From: Vulcanimicrobiota bacterium
GTDB lineage: Bacteria; Vulcanimicrobiota; Vulcanimicrobiia; Eremiobacterales; Eremiobacteraceae
NCBI GenBank assembly: GCA_963812135.1
Contig: CAWETU010000005.1
Location: forward strand, 64,001 to 128,000
Direction: 5' to 3'
DNA: 64,000 bases
The number at the start of each line of letters is the position of its first letter. Position 1 is the first letter of the stretch. Positions 32,154-43,192 of the stretch are shown here, piece by piece. The position numbers and the translations under genes are program-made. Below the pieces are notes generated by a model. That model saw only the letters and a list, made by a program, of their open reading frames with translations. It made no database searches and was not told the DNA's origin.

Positions 32154-32606
32154 ATGTCAGTCTTTCGTTCGTTGTTCGTCCCCATTGACGGTTCGGAGCC
32201 GTCAGACGCCGCAACCGCGCTGGCGCTCAAGCTTGCGGCCGACCAGAACGCCGCCATGACCTTCGTCAATGTCGTTGAGGTTGACAAGGTGCTCGCCTCG
32301 GTGCTCCCCGGCCAAGGATACTCCGACCCAGCGCCGGCCATCGACGCGATGCGCACCGCCGGCAAGGATATGCTCAAGAACGCGGTCAGCCAAGCACAAA
32401 GCGCAGGCATCAAAGCGCGCTCGGAGCTCATCGAAGGCAATTGCGTGCCGTGCATCATCGAAGCCGCGAAGACGGCCGGCGCCGATCTGATCGTCATCGG
32501 CAGCCACGGACGTGGCGGGTTGACGCGCCTCGTGTTGGGCAGCGTCGCTGAAGGCGTGCTGCGGCACTGCAGCATCCCGGTGCTGATCACGAAAGCGTCG
32601 CCATGA
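32154..32606 (+). CDS. Universal stress protein (UspA family)
   Basis: VPIDGS, DLIVIGSHGRGG...LGSVAEGVLR. Confidence 0.92.
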   Translation: MSVFRSLFVPIDGSEPSDAATALALKLAADQNAAMTFVNVVEVDKVLASVLPGQGYSDPAPAIDAMRTAGKDMLKNAVSQAQSAGIKARSELIEGNCVPCIIEAAKTAGADLIVIGSHGRGGLTRLVLGSVAEGVLRHCSIPVLITKASP

Positions 32607-33646
32607 AGACGTTCGTGATGAAAGAGATCGGCAAAGTCGGATTTGCCGAAAAACCCAAGCCGCAAGCGGGTCCCAACGACGCTATCGTGCGCACCACCGC
32701 GGCCTTGATCTGCACGTCCGATTCGCACACCGTGCGCGGCGCGATCGGGGATCGTCACAACCTCACGCTCGGCCACGAGGCGGTCGGCGTCGTCGACAGC
32801 GTCGGCAGCGAGGTGAAGCTGTTCAAACGCGGCGACCGGGTGCTGGTCGGCGCGATCACACCCGTCTGGGGCGATCTCGCCTCGCAAGCGGGCCATCCTT
32901 CGCAATCCGAACAGCCGCTCGGCGGTTGGCGTTTTGCGAACGTCAAAGACGGCGTGTTCGCCGAGTACTTCCACGTCAACGAAGCGGACGCGAACATGGC
33001 GCTCATCCCGGCGAGCGTGACCGACGAAGCCGCCGCCTATTGCGCCGACATGCTCTCGACGGGATTCATGGGTGCCGAGAACGCGGCGATCCCCATCGGC
33101 GGCACCGTCGCCGTCTTCGCGGAGGGGCCGGTCGGACTCATGGCGACCGCCGGCTCGCGCCTGCTCGGTGCAGGGCTCGTCATCGGCGTCGATGCGGTCC
33201 CCGCGCGCCAGGCGCTGGCGCGCTTTTACGGCGCGGACGAAGTGGTCGATGCCGACGGCGCGGTCGAGCAGATCATGCGCTTGACCGGCGGGCGCGGCGT
33301 TGACTCGAGCATCGAAGCGCTCGGCGCTGAGGTGACGTTTCAGAACTGCATCAGAGTGACCAAAGCGGGCGGAACGATTTCCAACGTCGGCTATCACGGG
33401 AGCGGCGATGTGGTCGGCATCCCCCGGGTCGAGTGGGGCGTCGGCATGGCGGAGAAAACCATCCGCACCGGCCTGTGCCCCGGCGGGCGCTTGCGCATGG
33501 AGCGCTTGCTGCGCATGCTCGAGGCCAAGCGTCTCGATCCGACTCGCATGACGACGCATCGTTTTCCGTTCGCCGACATGGAGCGCGCGTTCGAGGTCAT
33601 GGACAAGAAGCTCGACGGCGTCATCAAACCGCTTATCACGTTTTGA
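32603..33646 (+). CDS. Zn-dependent NAD(P) alcohol dehydrogenase (secondary ADH-like)
   Basis: CTSD, GHE, DMLSTGF, GPVGL, GLCPGGRLRMERL; lacks the structural-Zn Cys cluster. Confidence 0.88.
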   Translation: MKTFVMKEIGKVGFAEKPKPQAGPNDAIVRTTAALICTSDSHTVRGAIGDRHNLTLGHEAVGVVDSVGSEVKLFKRGDRVLVGAITPVWGDLASQAGHPSQSEQPLGGWRFANVKDGVFAEYFHVNEADANMALIPASVTDEAAAYCADMLSTGFMGAENAAIPIGGTVAVFAEGPVGLMATAGSRLLGAGLVIGVDAVPARQALARFYGADEVVDADGAVEQIMRLTGGRGVDSSIEALGAEVTFQNCIRVTKAGGTISNVGYHGSGDVVGIPRVEWGVGMAEKTIRTGLCPGGRLRMERLLRMLEAKRLDPTRMTTHRFPFADMERAFEVMDKKLDGVIKPLITF

Positions 33647-33664
33647 AGGCGTGAAGGCCAGCGC

Positions 33665-35521
33665 GTGAAGACCGGGCTCCCGCGCTTCCCGCTTGAGATC
33701 TACATCGCCGCGTTCGCAACGGCGGGCATCCTCGCTAGCCTCGCAATGCAATACGCGCTCGCGCTGCCTCGTTCGCTCACCGTCCTTCCGCTCTACGCCG
33801 TCCTCGTGCTGGGCGGTCTGCCGCTGCTGTTCAAGCTCGGGCGCAAGCTCATCGCGCGCGACTTCGGCTCGGATCTGCTGGCCGGTGTCTCGATCGCGAC
33901 GGCCGTGCTGTTGGGCGAATACCTCGTGGCCTGCATCGTCGTGCTCATGCTGTCCGGCGGTGAAGCGCTCGAGCTCTTCGCCGCGCGGCGCGCGTCGTCG
34001 ATCCTCGCTGCGCTTTCGCGCCGCATGCCCGATATCGCGCACCGCAGCGCCGCCACCGGCCTCGTCGATATCACGCTTGATGACATCCGCATCGGCGACA
34101 GGTTAGTCGTTCTGCCGCACGAGCTGTGCCCGGTCGACGGCGCGGTGCAACAAGGCCACGGCTGGATGGATGAATCCTATCTGACCGGCGAGCCGTATCG
34201 CACGTCGAAGGCACCGGGGTCGCACGTGCTCTCCGGCGCGATCAACGGCGACTCGGCGATGACGATCGAGGCGACGCAGCTGCCCGTCGACTCGCGCTAT
34301 GCCCGGATCATGCGCGTGATGCGCGAAGCCGAAGCGAAACGTCCGCACCTTCGCCGCCTCGGCGACCAACTCGGCGCGTGGTACACGCCGCTCGCGCTTG
34401 CGATCGGCGCAGCCGGCTGGCTGCTGACGGGGAGCGCGAGCCGGTTTCTCGCGGTCGTCGTCATCGCCACACCGTGCCCGCTGCTGCTGGCGATCCCGGT
34501 CGCGATCATCGGCGCGGTCTCGCTCGCCGCCCGCCACGCCATCGTCGTGAGGGACCCGGCTATGCTCGAGCGCATCGGCTCGTGCCGCGCGATCGTCTTG
34601 GACAAGACGGGCACGCTCACGTACGGCAAACCGTCTTTGACCGACGTCATCTGCGCGCCCGGCTTCACGCGCGAGCAGATCCTCGCGCTGGCCGGCAGCC
34701 TCGAGCGCTATTCGAAGCATCCGCTCGCCGGCGCGGTCGTCCGCGCAGCCGACGAGCAGCGCGTGCCGCTTGCTGAGGTCGCGCAGTTGAACGAGACGCC
34801 GGGCACGGGCTTACGAGGCGTCGTCGGCACGGAGACCGTGGAAATCGTCGGCCGCAACTCGGTGGAGCGTGACCGTCCTGACCTGCATGCTGCGCTGCCG
34901 GAACAGAGCGGCGGTTTGGAATCCCTGGTGCTCGTGGATGGCGCGTTCGCTGCAGCGCTGCGCTTTCGCGACGAGCCGCGCGAGGAAGGCGGTTCGTTCA
35001 TCCGTCATCTTCTGCCGCGCCACCAGGTCGATCGCGTCATGATCCTATCGGGCGACCGCGAAACGGAGGTGCGCTATCTTGCGAGCCGGGTCGGCATCAG
35101 CGAGGTCCACTACGGGAAGACGCCTGAGGAGAAGGTCCAGATCGTCGCAGAGCTGAGCCGGCTCGGGCCCACGCTGTTCATCGGGGACGGCATCAACGAC
35201 GCGCCGGCGATGCAAAGCGCGACCGTCGGTCTGGCGTTTGGACAGAACAGCGACATCACCGCGGAGGCCGCCGACGCCGTGATCATGGAGCCATCGCTCG
35301 GCAAGATCGACGAGATCATGCACATCGGCCGGCGCATGCGCGTGATCGCGCTGCAAAGCGCGGTCGGCGGCATGGCGCTGAGCTGCATCGGCATGGGACT
35401 CGCCCTTGCGGGCTACTTGCCGCCCATCGCGGGCGCCGTCGCGCAGGAGGTCATCGACGTCCTCGCAGTGCTCAACGCGCTGCGCGTGGGGTTCCCGTGG
35501 CGCGCTTTGACGGATTTCTAG
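33665..35521 (+). CDS. Heavy-metal P-type ATPase, P1B-5-like
   Basis: TGE, TPCP, DKTGTLT, HP, GDGINDAP, QSAVGGMALSCIGM (Qx4Gx3Sx3M), QEVID. Confidence 0.88.
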   Translation: MKTGLPRFPLEIYIAAFATAGILASLAMQYALALPRSLTVLPLYAVLVLGGLPLLFKLGRKLIARDFGSDLLAGVSIATAVLLGEYLVACIVVLMLSGGEALELFAARRASSILAALSRRMPDIAHRSAATGLVDITLDDIRIGDRLVVLPHELCPVDGAVQQGHGWMDESYLTGEPYRTSKAPGSHVLSGAINGDSAMTIEATQLPVDSRYARIMRVMREAEAKRPHLRRLGDQLGAWYTPLALAIGAAGWLLTGSASRFLAVVVIATPCPLLLAIPVAIIGAVSLAARHAIVVRDPAMLERIGSCRAIVLDKTGTLTYGKPSLTDVICAPGFTREQILALAGSLERYSKHPLAGAVVRAADEQRVPLAEVAQLNETPGTGLRGVVGTETVEIVGRNSVERDRPDLHAALPEQSGGLESLVLVDGAFAAALRFRDEPREEGGSFIRHLLPRHQVDRVMILSGDRETEVRYLASRVGISEVHYGKTPEEKVQIVAELSRLGPTLFIGDGINDAPAMQSATVGLAFGQNSDITAEAADAVIMEPSLGKIDEIMHIGRRMRVIALQSAVGGMALSCIGMGLALAGYLPPIAGAVAQEVIDVLAVLNALRVGFPWRALTDF

Positions 35522-35528
35522 CAACCGA

Positions 35529-38264
35529 TCAGAGCTCGAGGACAGCGTCCACCATCGAAGCGTCAGGTTCGAAGGCGCTCGTGAAGCCGAGCTCCTTGCA
35601 CACGCGCAGCATCGCGCTGTTGTCGGACAAGATATGGCCGACGATGCGACCAACTCCCTCGGCGCGCCCGATATCGATGAGCCGGCGCAGCAGCTCTCGG
35701 CCGAGCCCGTGGTGCTGAAACTTGTCGGTCACCACGAGCGCAAACTCCGCCTCGTCCCCTTCGTGCGATTTGATCAGCCTGCCCACCGCAACGATCGACG
35801 GTTGGTCCCCTGCCTGGGGCAGCGCGACCAGCGCCATCTCACGATCGTAGTCGATGAAACACGAGCGGATGAGACGGCTGTGCGCGACTCGCGCGTCGAG
35901 ACGCACGACGTGGGCATAGCGACGGTAGACACTGCTCTCCGAGAGGGTCTCGTGGAATCGCCGCAGCAGCGCTTCGTCGTCGGGCCGGATCGGACGGATG
36001 AAGAACTCGGTGCCGTCCTGCGCGGTCCAACGGCCTTCAAATTGCCGTGGATATGGCCGGATCGCCAGCTTCGGCAGCGCGCTTTCGAGCACGGCCGCGT
36101 CATGGAGCACGACGCGCGCGTCGAGCGCGATCACGCCGGCCGCTGAGGCGAGCAACGGATTGATATCGAGCTCCTTGACACGCCGCTGCTCGCTGACGAG
36201 CCTGCTCACGTTCACGAGCGTGCGCTCGAGCGCCGCGATGTCCACCGGGTCGTGGCCGCGCGTGCCGCTCAGCGCGCGGAAGATCTTCGTGCGCTCCATG
36301 AGCTGTCTGGCAAGGGTCGACGTCAGCGGCGGCAGGCCGAGCGCGCGGTCCTTGAAGACCTCGACCAATGTGCCGCCGAGGCCGAATAAGAGCACGGGAC
36401 CGAACTGGACGTCGACGCTCGAACCGACGATCAGCTCGTATCCCTCGCGCCGGATCATCGGCTGGACGGTCACGCCCTCGAAGGCGTTCGGTCCGCCCGC
36501 GTCGCGCGCCGCGCGTTCGATGGCGGTGTACGCCGCTGCAGCTGCCGCTTCGTCGACAATGTCGAGGGCAACGCCGCCGACGTCGCTCTTGTGCGATATT
36601 ACGTGCGAGTGCAGTTTGATGGCAACGGGGAAACCCATCGAGCGCGCAGTGGCCGATGTCTCGAGCGCCGACGTGGCGAGCGTCGTGGGCACCGTTGGAA
36701 TGCTGTAGGCGGCGAATAGCGATTTCGCCTCGATCTCCGCCAACAGCGTCCGCCCCTGATCCGTTGCTGCCGCGATGATCTCTCGCGCGCGCCGGCGATC
36801 GATGCCCTTCTCTTCCTGCTCGACGGGCGTCTCGTAGAGGCTGCGCAGCGTGTCGTCGTAGCGCCACATGTAGTTGAACATGCGGCTCGCGGTGTCAGGG
36901 TACGGCACGGTTGGGATGCCGGCTTTGCGCAAGCGCTCGTCGCCGCTCGACGAACTGCGGCCGCCCAGCCAGCTCGCGAGCACCGGCTTTGCGGGCACGT
37001 GCGCGTACGGTGCGAGCGCGCGCGCGATGTCGTCCGACTCGGAGACGCCCTGGGGCGCGAAAATGACGAGCACGCCCTCGACGCCGTCGTCGGCGCTGAT
37101 CGTTTCCATGGCGGTCGCGTAGCGGCGCGCGTCGGCGTCGCCGAGGATGTCGACCGGATCGTTGCGGCTCCATGCGGGCGGCAGGAACGATGAGAGATGC
37201 TGCATGGTCGCGGAACCAAGCTGCGCGACAACACCACCGCCCTCGACGAGCGCGTCGGCGGCCAGCACGGCAGGTCCGCCGGCGTTCGTCAGGATCGCGA
37301 GCCGTTTGCCGCGCGGCCGCGGCTGGCGCTCGAGCACTTCGGCCATGAGGAACAGATCTTCGATGGCGTCGACGCGCAGCACGCCGCAGCGCGAGAACGC
37401 CGCATCGAGCACCGCGTCGCTGCCGGTCAACGCGCCCGTATGCGATGCCGCGGCCGCCGCGCCCGCGTCGCTGCGTCCGGCTTTGATGACGATGATCGGC
37501 TTGACCAACGCGACCTCGCGCGCCGCCGACATGAACGAGCGCGCATCGCCGACCGATTCCATGTACGCGATGATGCTCTTCGTCTGCGGATCGTCGCCGA
37601 GATAATAAAGGATGTCCGCCCAGCCGACGTCGAGCATCGAACCGACCGACACGAACCGGCTGAAGCCGAAGTCTTGGTCGAGACTCCAGTCCAGGATCGC
37701 GCTGCCCAAAGCGCCGCTCTGGCTGGCGAACCCCAAGCTGCCTGGCCGGGCCGGCGCCCGCGAGAACGTCGCATTGAAACCCTTGCCGGGCGACATCACG
37801 CCGAAGCAGTTTGGACCGATGACGCGGATGCCGCTCGCGCGCACCGTCTTCTCTATGCGCTGTTCGAGCTCAACGCCGGCCGGGCCGATCTCGCGGAACC
37901 CTGCCGAGATGATGATCGCGCCGCGCACGCCCGCCGCGACGCACTCTTCCACGACCGACGGAACGCTGGGCGCGGGCGTGATGATGATCGCGACGTCGAC
38001 ATGCGCACGGATCGCGCCGACGCTCGGATAGGAAGGCCTGCCAAGCACCGTCCGCTGCGCCGGGTTTACCGCGAAGACATCGCCGGAAAACGTGCCGTCG
38101 GTGAGATTTTCGAACACGCGCCGTCCCACGCGGCCGGCGCGCTCGGTCGCGCCGATCACGGCGACCGATTTCGGCTCGAACAGCGTCTCGAGCGGTTGTG
38201 CACGCACGCGTGTGACATCATGCACGGGTTCGGCGAGCGACGGCTGCACGGGATCAGGCGGCAT
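35529..38264 (-). CDS. Acetate-CoA ligase-like / GNAT fusion (Pat-type protein lysine acetyltransferase)
   Basis: CoA-binding domain, [32 protein letters not shown]-terminal GNAT ([17 protein letters not shown]). Confidence 0.88.
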   Translation of the reverse strand: MPPDPVQPSLAEPVHDVTRVRAQPLETLFEPKSVAVIGATERAGRVGRRVFENLTDGTFSGDVFAVNPAQRTVLGRPSYPSVGAIRAHVDVAIIITPAPSVPSVVEECVAAGVRGAIIISAGFREIGPAGVELEQRIEKTVRASGIRVIGPNCFGVMSPGKGFNATFSRAPARPGSLGFASQSGALGSAILDWSLDQDFGFSRFVSVGSMLDVGWADILYYLGDDPQTKSIIAYMESVGDARSFMSAAREVALVKPIIVIKAGRSDAGAAAAASHTGALTGSDAVLDAAFSRCGVLRVDAIEDLFLMAEVLERQPRPRGKRLAILTNAGGPAVLAADALVEGGGVVAQLGSATMQHLSSFLPPAWSRNDPVDILGDADARRYATAMETISADDGVEGVLVIFAPQGVSESDDIARALAPYAHVPAKPVLASWLGGRSSSSGDERLRKAGIPTVPYPDTASRMFNYMWRYDDTLRSLYETPVEQEEKGIDRRRAREIIAAATDQGRTLLAEIEAKSLFAAYSIPTVPTTLATSALETSATARSMGFPVAIKLHSHVISHKSDVGGVALDIVDEAAAAAAYTAIERAARDAGGPNAFEGVTVQPMIRREGYELIVGSSVDVQFGPVLLFGLGGTLVEVFKDRALGLPPLTSTLARQLMERTKIFRALSGTRGHDPVDIAALERTLVNVSRLVSEQRRVKELDINPLLASAAGVIALDARVVLHDAAVLESALPKLAIRPYPRQFEGRWTAQDGTEFFIRPIRPDDEALLRRFHETLSESSVYRRYAHVVRLDARVAHSRLIRSCFIDYDREMALVALPQAGDQPSIVAVGRLIKSHEGDEAEFALVVTDKFQHHGLGRELLRRLIDIGRAEGVGRIVGHILSDNSAMLRVCKELGFTSAFEPDASMVDAVLEL

Positions 38265-40887
38265 GAGCGCTCCGCCGATGGTGCCACATGTAGCGCGATG
38301 TCACGCGATGTAGCCGGCGATGCGGGTGATGCAGCACGGGTACGGGCGCAGGAGCGCTTCCCAAGGCGTGGCGATAGAACACGCTCTTGCCGGCCTCGAC
38401 AAGCGCGAAGTACGCCGTGACGATGAGCAGCATCAACACCGAGAAGAGGGCGAGCGGGAGCTGCGTGAAGCCGAACACCGATGCGAACGGGGTGAATGGC
38501 AGGGCGGCACCGGCGATGCCGACGATCAGAGTCGTGGCGGCCAGCGGCACGCTTGGCCGGCTGCGCCAGAAGGGCACGCGCCGCGTGCGGATCGCGAAGA
38601 TCACCAGCGTTTGGGTCAGGAAATTCTCCACGAAGAAACCTGAACGGAACAGCGTCGGCCCCGAATGGAAGACCCACAGCATCATGCCGAAGATCGCGAA
38701 ATCGAAGAGCGAGTTGATCGGGCCGAAGAACAGCATGAAGCGCCGGATCAGACGCATGTCCCAGCGCGCCGGGCGTTGCAACAGCTCAGGATCGACGTTG
38801 TCGGTAGGAATCGTCATCTCGCTCACGTCGTAGAGCAGATTGTTGAGGAGGATCTGCGATGGCAGCATGGGCAGGAACGGCACGATCAATGAAGCGACCG
38901 ACGTGCTCACCATGTTGCCGAAATTCGATGACGTGCCCATCAGCACGTACTTGATCGTGTTGGCGAAGATGCGCCGGCCCTCGACGACGCCGTCAGCGAG
39001 GATCCCAAGGTCTTTGGTGAGCAGCACGATATCCGCCGCATCTTTGGCGACGTCAGCACCCGTGTCGACCGAGATGCCGACATCGGCGTCGTGGAGCGCG
39101 ACCGCGTCGTTGACGCCGTCGCCGAGGAAACCGACATCGACGCCGAGCGAGCGTTGCGCCCGGATGATGCGCGATTTCTGCTCCGGCGCGATGCGCGCGA
39201 AGACGGTCGTGTGCGGCAAGGCGTCGATCAGCTGCTCATCGCTCATCGCGTCGAGCTGCGCGCCGGTCAGGGTCCCTTCCACTGCGAGCCCGAGCGCCGC
39301 GCACACTTTTTGGGCCACGCGCTCGTTGTCGCCGGTCACGATCTTGACCTCGATGTTCAGGTCGCGTAAGCGGCGCAGCGCCTGTGCCGCGTCTGTCTTC
39401 GGGGGATCAGTGAATACGAGCAGTCCCGCGGGCGTCAAATCGCACTCGTCTTGCGGTCGCAGCTCGTGCATACCGGACGCATCGCGCGTCGCGACCGCGA
39501 TGACGCGAGCGCCTGCCGCGAACTGCGCGTCGAGCGCCGCGGACAAGGCGGCGGGGACCTGCGTGCAGCACGCGAGCACCGATTCAGGCGCGCCTTTGAC
39601 GACGATCGTCCGCTTGCCTGAAGCGTCTTCCACCAACACCGTCATGCGGCGCCGGGCGTAGTCGAACGGCAACTGCGCGACCTGACTGATCTTCTCGTCC
39701 TTGAAGCGCGCGCGGTCCGGCGCGTCGAGCAACGCGCGATCGAGCGGGTTGCCGCCGAGCGCGCCCTGTGCGCTAGCGACGGCCGAATTGCAGAGCAGAC
39801 CGTACCGCAAGACATCGGGCGATGGCTTCCCCGACGCGTCGAGCCCCGCCGAGAATTCGATGCGCCCCTCGGTGAGCGTCCCGGTCTTGTCGGTGAACAG
39901 GACCTCGATGTTGCCGAAGTCCTCAATGCTGACGAGGCGCTTGACGACGACGGATTTGCGCGCCATGCGTTGCGCGCCGGTGGAGAGGCTGATCGTGACG
40001 ATCGCGGGCAGCAACTGCGGCGTCAGACCGACGGCGATCGCCAATGCGAACAGCAACGACTCGAACAGCGGATGGTGGAGCAACGCATTGAGGACGAAGA
40101 TAGAGACGGTCAACACCACCGTGACCTGCACGAGCAACGCCGAGAAGTCGTGCAGTCCGCGTTCGAACGATGTCACCGGCGGCCGCCCGCCAAGCGTGCG
40201 GGCGATCGAGCCGAGCACGGTGGACGGGCCTGTTCGCACGACGACGCCGCGCCCCGTGCCCGCGCGCACGAGCGTGCCCATGAACGCACAGGATGGCAGG
40301 TCGAGTCCTTGAGGAGGTGCTGCGAGTGCGCCGGCGGACTTGTCGGCCGGCAGCGATTCTCCCGTCAACACCGCCTCGTCGCACTCGAGCTCGCTCGCCT
40401 GCAGGAGCCGCAGGTCGGCGGGCACCATCGCGCCGGTGTCGAGCTCGACGACATCTCCCGGCACGAGCGTTTCGACCGGGCGCGCCGTCGCGCTGCCGTC
40501 ACGGATCACTACTGCTTCATGGCTCACGCGCGAATGGAGATCTTCGATGGCCCGCTCGGACCGGTATTCGTTGAACGCGCCAAGTCCGACCGACAGCGCT
40601 ACGATGGCGAGGATGATGGCGGCATCCGTCTGCTCGCCGAACACGATCGAGAGTGCTGCCGCGAATGCGAGCAGCAAGAGCAACGGATTGCGGAACTGGC
40701 GCGCGAGCGTCACTAGCAGATTCGCGCCGCGCACGCGCAGCGAATTGGGACCGACCAAAGCGAGGCGCCGGCTTGCCTCTACGGCGCTCAGACCTTCGGG
40801 CGCCGTCTCGAGCTGCGCGACGGCCGCAGCCGGCGGCATTTGCGCGGCCTGCGCGAGCGTAAGATCTTTCCAGGGTGCCGCCTTCAT
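38254..40887 (-). CDS. mgtA: Magnesium-translocating P-type ATPase
   Basis: [43 protein letters not shown]. Confidence 0.9.
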   Translation of the reverse strand: MKAAPWKDLTLAQAAQMPPAAAVAQLETAPEGLSAVEASRRLALVGPNSLRVRGANLLVTLARQFRNPLLLLLAFAAALSIVFGEQTDAAIILAIVALSVGLGAFNEYRSERAIEDLHSRVSHEAVVIRDGSATARPVETLVPGDVVELDTGAMVPADLRLLQASELECDEAVLTGESLPADKSAGALAAPPQGLDLPSCAFMGTLVRAGTGRGVVVRTGPSTVLGSIARTLGGRPPVTSFERGLHDFSALLVQVTVVLTVSIFVLNALLHHPLFESLLFALAIAVGLTPQLLPAIVTISLSTGAQRMARKSVVVKRLVSIEDFGNIEVLFTDKTGTLTEGRIEFSAGLDASGKPSPDVLRYGLLCNSAVASAQGALGGNPLDRALLDAPDRARFKDEKISQVAQLPFDYARRRMTVLVEDASGKRTIVVKGAPESVLACCTQVPAALSAALDAQFAAGARVIAVATRDASGMHELRPQDECDLTPAGLLVFTDPPKTDAAQALRRLRDLNIEVKIVTGDNERVAQKVCAALGLAVEGTLTGAQLDAMSDEQLIDALPHTTVFARIAPEQKSRIIRAQRSLGVDVGFLGDGVNDAVALHDADVGISVDTGADVAKDAADIVLLTKDLGILADGVVEGRRIFANTIKYVLMGTSSNFGNMVSTSVASLIVPFLPMLPSQILLNNLLYDVSEMTIPTDNVDPELLQRPARWDMRLIRRFMLFFGPINSLFDFAIFGMMLWVFHSGPTLFRSGFFVENFLTQTLVIFAIRTRRVPFWRSRPSVPLAATTLIVGIAGAALPFTPFASVFGFTQLPLALFSVLMLLIVTAYFALVEAGKSVFYRHALGSAPAPVPVLHHPHRRLHRVTSRYMWHHRRSAHAA

Positions 40888-41014
40888 CGCGCGCTAGCGT
40901 TTCGGCTTCATAAGAGAAGCTCCCGGCCGCCGAATTTTCGTTCTGGTTCGGCGGCCGAGAGCTGTGCGCCGCGTCGTGGGTGCGGCGGGGAGGTTGCGTT
41001 TGTGAAAACGCCGC

Positions 41015-42202
41015 CTATCTTGACAGGCCCTTCATGTTGCCCAGTGTGGTGTTCCAGAGCAACTGGGCGCGCCAGCCTGGAGCCGTCGATCCGGAGACCA
41101 TGTTCACCTCGCCGTTGAGCATCAACGCGTTGGCGTTATTCGATGCGACGTGGCGCGAGAGCATGACGCCGAGATCGACGTAACCATAGTGGAACATCGT
41201 GCCGAGCCCATCGTTGGTCATCTCGTAGCGGCCGCCCAGCATGACTTTGCTGTCGAGGAACGGTTGGAAGACGTCAATCGTATAGCCGGAGCTGGAGGCC
41301 GGGCCGAATCCAGGGCCTGCGTTCGCGTCGTGGTTGCTCGAGTACATCGCGAACAATCCTGGCAAGCCGTGCTGCGGATCCATCTCCACGTATGGTGTGA
41401 TCGAGTTGTATTGGTCGAACGTCCCGTCCGATAGCGGCCACGAGCCGCTCGCGCCGTACACGCCGGCCTCGAATGGCTTGTCGGGCCGTGCGTACGCCGC
41501 GCGGTATTGGAACGTCTTGTCCGTCGGCGTCGTGAAGTCGAACGCGCTGTTCAAGTCGCCGCCGGGACCGGTGTATGCGCCTTCCACGACGTACCCCGGC
41601 CGGACATAGCCTAGTTTCACGCCCCAGCGGTTGGCGTCGAGCTGATACGCGTGTTCGCCGACGGTGATCTCCGGCGGCGCGAACGGTGAAAGCTCGAACC
41701 ACATGCTGAACGGCGAAGGCGCGGGGACTTCGAGCTTACCGACGGTGAGGTGCGCATCGCGGTGCAACAGGTTGTTGTAGGTGAGCCAAAGCGTGTCCGT
41801 GCCGCCGGGTTCATTGCCCTGCACGATCCACTGCTGCGCGTGCACCGTTATGTCGCTGCCGAGATATCCGGCCGCCTGTATGTTGATGTTCCCGAGCTGG
41901 ATCTTGCCGGGGTACGTGGAGTCTTGGGTGTCCTGGAAGGCCGCCATCTGGACCCACAGCGGATTGACGCCGTGCATGACGGTTGAGTCGAGCGACGCGT
42001 AACCCGTCCGCTGGACGTAGCGGCCGTACGCGTTGAGCGCCGGGATGTTCGCGTGGCATACTTCGCAATTGATGCCGTAGGCCTGCGCGAAGGGCGGCAT
42101 GGCTTGCGTTGGCCGCATGCTCTCGAGCACGACGGCGATGGCCACCACGGCGCCGACGATGAGGACCGTCGCGCGGACGGTCCCCCTGACGTGGGCCTTC
42201 AC
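41015..42202 (-). CDS. Cyc2-like monoheme cytochrome c / beta-barrel fusion protein
   Basis: Signal peptide, then PPFAQAYGINCEVCHANIPALNAYGRYVQRTGY, followed by ~320 aa rich in aromatic/Gly residues with an alternating beta-strand pattern. Confidence 0.72.
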   Translation of the reverse strand: MKAHVRGTVRATVLIVGAVVAIAVVLESMRPTQAMPPFAQAYGINCEVCHANIPALNAYGRYVQRTGYASLDSTVMHGVNPLWVQMAAFQDTQDSTYPGKIQLGNINIQAAGYLGSDITVHAQQWIVQGNEPGGTDTLWLTYNNLLHRDAHLTVGKLEVPAPSPFSMWFELSPFAPPEITVGEHAYQLDANRWGVKLGYVRPGYVVEGAYTGPGGDLNSAFDFTTPTDKTFQYRAAYARPDKPFEAGVYGASGSWPLSDGTFDQYNSITPYVEMDPQHGLPGLFAMYSSNHDANAGPGFGPASSSGYTIDVFQPFLDSKVMLGGRYEMTNDGLGTMFHYGYVDLGVMLSRHVASNNANALMLNGEVNMVSGSTAPGWRAQLLWNTTLGNMKGLSR

Positions 42203-42555
42203 GGTTTCACTTCAACGGTGAGCACCATGTCCCCGTGACCGCTGCCGCATGGGATGCTGCAGTGGATCTTGTATGTGCCGGCTTTCTTCGGCGTCACGCT
42301 AACGTCGACGAACTTGCCGGGCATGATCGTCGTTTGCGCGATTCCCAAATCATCTGACTGCAGACCATGGACGCCTTCGGACGACGTGATGTGCAAGACG
42401 GTGGTCTCGCCCACGTGCATCTCGATCGTGCCAGGTGTGAATTTCCAATTCGCTGCCACCACGTCGACCGTCGGATGGGCCATGACGGGTGCCGCGATGA
42501 ATAGGACGACAACGCCGGCCAGAACTGCCAAGCGTTGTGATGCTGTCATTAACAT
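42199..42555 (-). CDS. Secreted cupredoxin with a CuA-type ligand set
   Basis: Signal peptide, WKFTP, VHG...CSIPCGSGHGDM (H...Cx3Cx3Hx2M); stop overlaps the Cyc2-like start (GTGA). Confidence 0.85.
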   Translation of the reverse strand: MLMTASQRLAVLAGVVVLFIAAPVMAHPTVDVVAANWKFTPGTIEMHVGETTVLHITSSEGVHGLQSDDLGIAQTTIMPGKFVDVSVTPKKAGTYKIHCSIPCGSGHGDMVLTVEVKP

Positions 42556-42703
42556 AGTACCTACCTCCCACGCCTATTGTGCCAGAACCCGCGCCCGGCC
42601 CGATGAGGAGGATGTGAAGCCGAGGCGAAGGCATGTGAAGGCTGCTACAAAGACCGCATTGAAGCCCGCCGCCCACGCGCTTTTGGAGACCAAAACTCGG
42701 CGA

Positions 42704-43192
42704 ATGAGCACATTGTCGGTCCGCCATTTCACACGTTGTCCGTATAGCCGGGCCCGGGGCGCCCTGGAGCAAGCGCTTGCCGCCCTGGCTGACAACCGGC
42801 AAACCCAGACGTTGACGCTCTCGGTGCCGCTGGGCAAGGACGAAGCGGCAGGGGCGCTGCGAAAGGACGTCATCGTGTCCTACGCGCGCAGCGCCGATCC
42901 GCAGCACTTTGACCAGCCCTGGACGATCCATTGGACGCCGACGCCGGGCGGGGTGTACCCCGACTTCAACGGCGAGCTGACCGTGCGTGCGGCGGACACG
43001 CACAGCAATTGCTTCCTCGAATTGGAGGGCGAGTACACGCCCCCGCTGGGCGCGATAGGAGCGGCGTTCGACGCAGCGCTCGGCAATCGCATCGCGACCG
43101 CCACCGGCGCGCAGCTGCTCGCGACGATCGGCGAGGCGATGGAGCAGCAGTATCAACGCGAAGAGGCCGCTAAGCCGGGCGAACCGCGTTAG
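42704..43192 (+). CDS. Conserved hypothetical protein, possible SRPBCC/START-like fold
   Basis: GGAG RBS; WTP...YPDFNGEL...LEGEYTPPLGAIGAAFD...RIATAT helix pattern. Confidence 0.6.
   Translation: MSTLSVRHFTRCPYSRARGALEQALAALADNRQTQTLTLSVPLGKDEAAGALRKDVIVSYARSADPQHFDQPWTIHWTPTPGGVYPDFNGELTVRAADTHSNCFLELEGEYTPPLGAIGAAFDAALGNRIATATGAQLLATIGEAMEQQYQREEAAKPGEPR

Noticed and set aside
38254..38340. His/Arg-rich C-terminal tail of MgtA as a metal-binding module
   Set aside because: Short, overlaps the start region of the next gene, and may be incidental extension; no support without homolog alignment
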